DNA from: Candidatus Methylomirabilis sp.
GTDB lineage: Bacteria; Pseudomonadota; Gammaproteobacteria; Acidiferrobacterales; Sulfurifustaceae
Length of the DNA stretch: 64,000 nt
Direction of reading: 5' to 3'
NCBI GenBank assembly: GCA_035624495.1
Contig: DASPRK010000231.1
Location: 185-64,184 of the forward strand
Shown here: piece by piece, positions 60,415-64,000 of the stretch
How positions within the stretch are numbered: the first letter of the stretch is position 1
Layout: every line of letters starts with the position of its first letter
The notes under the pieces: model-generated
The model's input: only the letters and a program-made list of their open reading frames with translations
Database searches by the model: none
Told to the model about the DNA's origin: nothing
Made by a program: the position numbers and the translations under genes

Positions 60415-61635
60415 ATGGCCGTCGGTCTGCTCGGGTTACCGGCGCTGCATCCCGTTTCCGGCATACGCTTGGGCACCGCCGCCGCCGGAATCCGCAAAAA
60501 AGAACGGCGCGATCTGGTCGTGATCGACTGCGCACCGGGCACGCAGAGTGCCGCCACCTTCACCCGGAATCGATTTTGCGCCGCCCCCGTGATTGTGGCA
60601 CGCGAGCATCTTGCGGCCCGCGCGCCGCGCGCGTTGCTGATCAATACCGGATTCGCCAATGCCGGAACCGGGTCTCCGGGCGTTGAAGACGCCCGCGCAT
60701 GCTGCGCGGCGCTCGCGCAGCGGCTTGAATGCCTGCCGGAAGAAATTCTGCCGTTTTCCACCGGCGTAATCGGAGAGCGGCTGCCGCGGGATCGTATCAT
60801 CGCCGGCCTGCCGCTTTGCCTGGCGCATCTGCGCGAAGACGGTTGGGCCGAGGCGGCGCACGGAATCATGACCACGGACACCGTTCCCAAAGGCAGCTCG
60901 CGCCAGTTCCATATTGGCGGAAAAGTCATTACCGTCACCGGCATCGCCAAGGGTGCCGGCATGATACGTCCAGACATGGCCACCATGCTGGCGTTCGTCG
61001 CCACCGATGCGGCCGCGGCTCCCGCGGTGCTGCGGGCTTGCGTGACGTCCGCCGTGAAGCAATCCTTCAACCGGATCACCGTTGACGGCGATACCTCGAC
61101 CAATGACGCTTGCGTGTTGCTGGCGACATTTGGCGCGGGCAATCCCATGATCGAGCGCGCGGAAGGCGAAGCCAATGCCGGTTTGTCACGCGCGATCACT
61201 GAGGTGTTCACCGAACTGGCGCAGGCGATCGTGCGTGACGCCGAAGGCGCGACCAAGTTCATTACCATCGAGGTGAGCGGCGGCCGGACGGAAGCCGATT
61301 GTCTCGCGGTCGCGTACTCTATCGCGCATTCGCCGTTGGTGAAGACGGCGTTTTTTGCCTCCGACCCGAACTGGGGACGCATTCTGGCCGCCGTAGGGCG
61401 CGCCCCGATCGCGCAGCTGGATGTCGATAAGGTGGCGATTCAACTCAACGAGGTGCGCGTCGTGCGTCACGGCGCACCCGACCCGGAATATACCGAAGCC
61501 AAAGGACTTGCCGTGATGCGTCTGCCGGAAATCCGGCTCGGTGTGGACCTCGGAGCCGGGTTCGCCGCGGCGCGCATCTGGACCTCGGACCTCTCGCACG
61601 ATTATGTCCGGATCAACGCCGAATACCGCAGCTGA
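60415..61635 (+). CDS. argJ: Bifunctional ornithine acetyltransferase / N-acetylglutamate synthase
   Basis: AKGAGMI.PDMATML, DGDTSTND, DPNWGRI, RINAEYRS. Confidence 0.97.
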   Translation: MAVGLLGLPALHPVSGIRLGTAAAGIRKKERRDLVVIDCAPGTQSAATFTRNRFCAAPVIVAREHLAARAPRALLINTGFANAGTGSPGVEDARACCAALAQRLECLPEEILPFSTGVIGERLPRDRIIAGLPLCLAHLREDGWAEAAHGIMTTDTVPKGSSRQFHIGGKVITVTGIAKGAGMIRPDMATMLAFVATDAAAAPAVLRACVTSAVKQSFNRITVDGDTSTNDACVLLATFGAGNPMIERAEGEANAGLSRAITEVFTELAQAIVRDAEGATKFITIEVSGGRTEADCLAVAYSIAHSPLVKTAFFASDPNWGRILAAVGRAPIAQLDVDKVAIQLNEVRVVRHGAPDPEYTEAKGLAVMRLPEIRLGVDLGAGFAAARIWTSDLSHDYVRINAEYRS

Positions 61636-62611
61636 CGAACCTCTGCACGTGGCGGTGGGAATCCTCACGGACGGCAATAAAGTTTTCATCACTCGCCGTT
61701 CCCGTCACAGCCATCAAGGCGGCAAATGGGAATTTCCCGGCGGTAAGATCGAACCGGGGGAGGACACGCTGTCGGCTCTCAAGCGTGAGCTCATGGAGGA
61801 ATTGGGTATTGAAGTCGTGACGGCGGAACCGAGCATGCAGATTCGCCACGCCTATCGCGAGCGCCATGTTCTTCTCGATGTCTGGCGTATTTTGGATTAT
61901 CGGGGCACGCCGATCGGACGTGAAGGCCAGGAAACGCGCTGGACGGCTTTGCCTGACCTGATGCGGCTCGAATTCCCCGCGGCCGACCTGCCGATCCTGC
62001 GCCGGCTCTGGTTGCCGCCGCTTTATCTCATCACCGATTCGCGACGTTTCGGAAAAAGCGAGTTTTTGGCGCCACTCGAACGTGCTCTGCAATCCGGCGC
62101 GCGACTGGTGCAGTTGCGCGAACCGCACATGCCACCCGAGGAGTACCGCGATTACGCGCGCCGAATCGCCAGCCTGTGCCATCGACATGAGGCGAAACTG
62201 TTGCTCAATGCCGAACCGGAATGGGTGTTAGCCTGTGAGGCTGACGGCGTGCATCTCAACAGCCGACGTTTGATGCAATGCCGCGAACGTCCTCTCGACG
62301 ACCGATACTGGGTCGCGGCATCGTGCCATAACGTGGAGGAGCTTCGACAAGCGAAACGCCTGGCGGTGGATTTTGCCGTGTTGTCACCCGTCGCCGACAC
62401 AGCCTCGCACCCCGACGCCACGCCGATTGGATGGAACAAGTTCGCGCAATGGCGTGCCGGCGCGAATCTGCCGGTATATGCGCTCGGGGGAATGCAGGTA
62501 CAGGATCTTGACCGCGCGCGTCGGCACGGCGCGCAAGGGTTAGCCATGGTCAGTGAAATCTGGGGTGCCCGCTCGATCGAGCAGACGGTGGGGTCGCTCG
62601 CGGCGGTTTAA
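61604..62611 (+). CDS. MutT-type Nudix hydrolase fused to a thiamine-phosphate-synthase-like (TenI) domain
   Basis: Nudix box GGKIEPGE..LKRELMEELG; C-terminal VQLREP, GVHL, SCH, SPV..T.SHP, ALGG. Confidence 0.93.
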   Translation: MSGSTPNTAADEPLHVAVGILTDGNKVFITRRSRHSHQGGKWEFPGGKIEPGEDTLSALKRELMEELGIEVVTAEPSMQIRHAYRERHVLLDVWRILDYRGTPIGREGQETRWTALPDLMRLEFPAADLPILRRLWLPPLYLITDSRRFGKSEFLAPLERALQSGARLVQLREPHMPPEEYRDYARRIASLCHRHEAKLLLNAEPEWVLACEADGVHLNSRRLMQCRERPLDDRYWVAASCHNVEELRQAKRLAVDFAVLSPVADTASHPDATPIGWNKFAQWRAGANLPVYALGGMQVQDLDRARRHGAQGLAMVSEIWGARSIEQTVGSLAAV

Positions 62612-63216
62612 TTTTTCCGGATCGTCGCTGCGAGAGAAAGATACCAGTGGTGCAGACGTTCCACCTCTTTTTCCAACTGTTTGCGGTCCGTGTTGTTTTC
62701 GATCACATCGTCCGCCTTTTGCAGGCGCTGCGCCCGCGTCGCCTGGACCGATATGATTTTACGAATTTCCGATTCGTTCAACCCGCTGCGTGCCATGGTA
62801 CGCTGGATTTGCAGAGTCTCTGCGGCGTCAACAACCAGTACACGGTCCACCAAATCGTTAAACCCCGACTCGATCAGTAACGGCACGACCACAATGCAGT
62901 AAGGTGAATCGAGCTCGGCAACTTTGGTGCGCACGACCTCTCGAATGCGCGGATGCAGGATTGCCTCAAGTCGCTGACGTTCCACGGCGTTGTCGAAGAC
63001 GCGTGCACGCAACTTGTCACGGTCGATCCGGCGCCTGCGATCGAGAATATCTTCACCGAAGTTTCGAATTATGTCGTCAAACGCCGGTTGGCCGGGCTCG
63101 ACCAGAACACGGGCGATTTCATCGGTATCGATGACCGGTACGCCGCGCGAGCTGAAAAGCAGTGCCGCGGCGGATTTTCCGCTTCCGATGCCGCCTGTCA
63201 GGCCGATCCGCAACAT
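62608..63216 (-). CDS. coaE: Dephospho-CoA kinase
   Basis: IGLTGGIGSGKS, LEAILHP, VVPLLIE, ADDVIEN. Confidence 0.97.
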   Translation of the reverse strand: MLRIGLTGGIGSGKSAAALLFSSRGVPVIDTDEIARVLVEPGQPAFDDIIRNFGEDILDRRRRIDRDKLRARVFDNAVERQRLEAILHPRIREVVRTKVAELDSPYCIVVVPLLIESGFNDLVDRVLVVDAAETLQIQRTMARSGLNESEIRKIISVQATRAQRLQKADDVIENNTDRKQLEKEVERLHHWYLSLAATIRKN

Positions 63217-63225
63217 GTGCCAGAA

Positions 63226-64000
63226 TCAATTGGTGAGGCGGGCGAACTGCAGATACGAACGGATGAGGGATTCGCCCCACATCAGCGCGATCCAGCCGGC
63301 GACGCACAGAAACGGCCCGAAGGGAATCGGTACCCGACGATCGTGGCCGAAAAAGAGGATGAAAGCGATCCCGACCGATGCACCGACCAGTGATGCGATC
63401 AGGATGATAATGGAAAGACTTTGCCAGCCCAGCCAGGCACCGAGCGCGGCAAAGAGCTTGAAGTCGCCGTAACCCATGCCTTCTTTGCCCGTTGCCAGTT
63501 TGAAGAGCTGGTATACCAGCCACAGGAAGAGGTAACCCACCGCGGCACCGATAACCGCTGAAACAAGGGGTGTGAAGACTGCGAAGATGTTGACGAACAG
63601 ACCGGCCCAGAGCAGTGGCAGCGTGATGCCATCCGGCAACAACTGCCGGTCATAGTCTATGAAGGCGAGCGCGATGAGGCTCCATGTCAGGAACAGCGCG
63701 GCCAAACCACCGAAATTGAAACCGAAATGCCAAGCCACCCAGACCGAGAGGCCGGCGGTCAACAGTTCCACCGCGGGATAGCGCCATGAGATCGGTTTGC
63801 CGCATTCGGAACACTTCCCTCTCAGCCAGAGGAAACTCAGGATGGGAATATTTTCCAGCGCCGTGATCGCGTGCCCGCAATGCGGGCAGCGCGAACGTGG
63901 CAGAACGAGGTTGAACGGTACCGATGCAGCGGGAGGTTTATCCGGGTGGACCAGCTCGTGGCATTGACTGCGCCAGCGCTGCTCCAAGATGACCGGCAGG
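63226..64000 (-). CDS. pilD: Prepilin peptidase/N-methyltransferase (5' end outside the window)
   Basis: PRSRCPHC, GKCSEC..ISWRYP.VE, GMGYGDFKL, PFGPFL. Confidence 0.96.
   Translation of the reverse strand, partial: LPVILEQRWRSQCHELVHPDKPPAASVPFNLVLPRSRCPHCGHAITALENIPILSFLWLRGKCSECGKPISWRYPAVELLTAGLSVWVAWHFGFNFGGLAALFLTWSLIALAFIDYDRQLLPDGITLPLLWAGLFVNIFAVFTPLVSAVIGAAVGYLFLWLVYQLFKLATGKEGMGYGDFKLFAALGAWLGWQSLSIIILIASLVGASVGIAFILFFGHDRRVPIPFGPFLCVAGWIALMWGESLIRSYLQFARLTN

Noticed and set aside
61604-62611. Nudix-TenI fusion as a novelty
   Set aside because: A common fusion next to argJ/secA in proteobacteria.

Overview
High-GC proteobacterial chromosome segment. Gene content suggests a sulfur-oxidising gammaproteobacterium, possibly Acidiferrobacterales-like (inference only). 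(i) 1-9.8 kb: an accessory locus with an ExtI-like porin, a PAS histidine kinase, a sigma54 activator, a secreted protein and a DUF318 permease. A consensus sigma54 promoter then precedes TusA-like, YeeE, TusA, a 43-aa peptide and three miniature DsrE/F/H-like genes. (ii) 10-36 kb: mixed redox, stress and accessory genes, including a nitroreductase, GlcG, lipocalin, msrA, an orphan V-ATPase subunit I, DsbA-like, sprT, a ParA-CBM48 fusion, USP, two DsrC/TusE-family paralogues, GST, adk and BCP. Three genes here are interrupted. (iii) rnpB, then the dcw cluster (mraZ to lpxC), an M23 peptidase, secA, argJ, a Nudix-TenI fusion, coaE and a partial pilD. Four dcw junctions carry 110-280 bp inserts. 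Three of these are related repeats, each an open mini-ORF overlapping both neighbouring genes. No tRNA, rRNA, CRISPR array or transposase was recognised. All family calls come from motif recognition by eye; no database searches were run.
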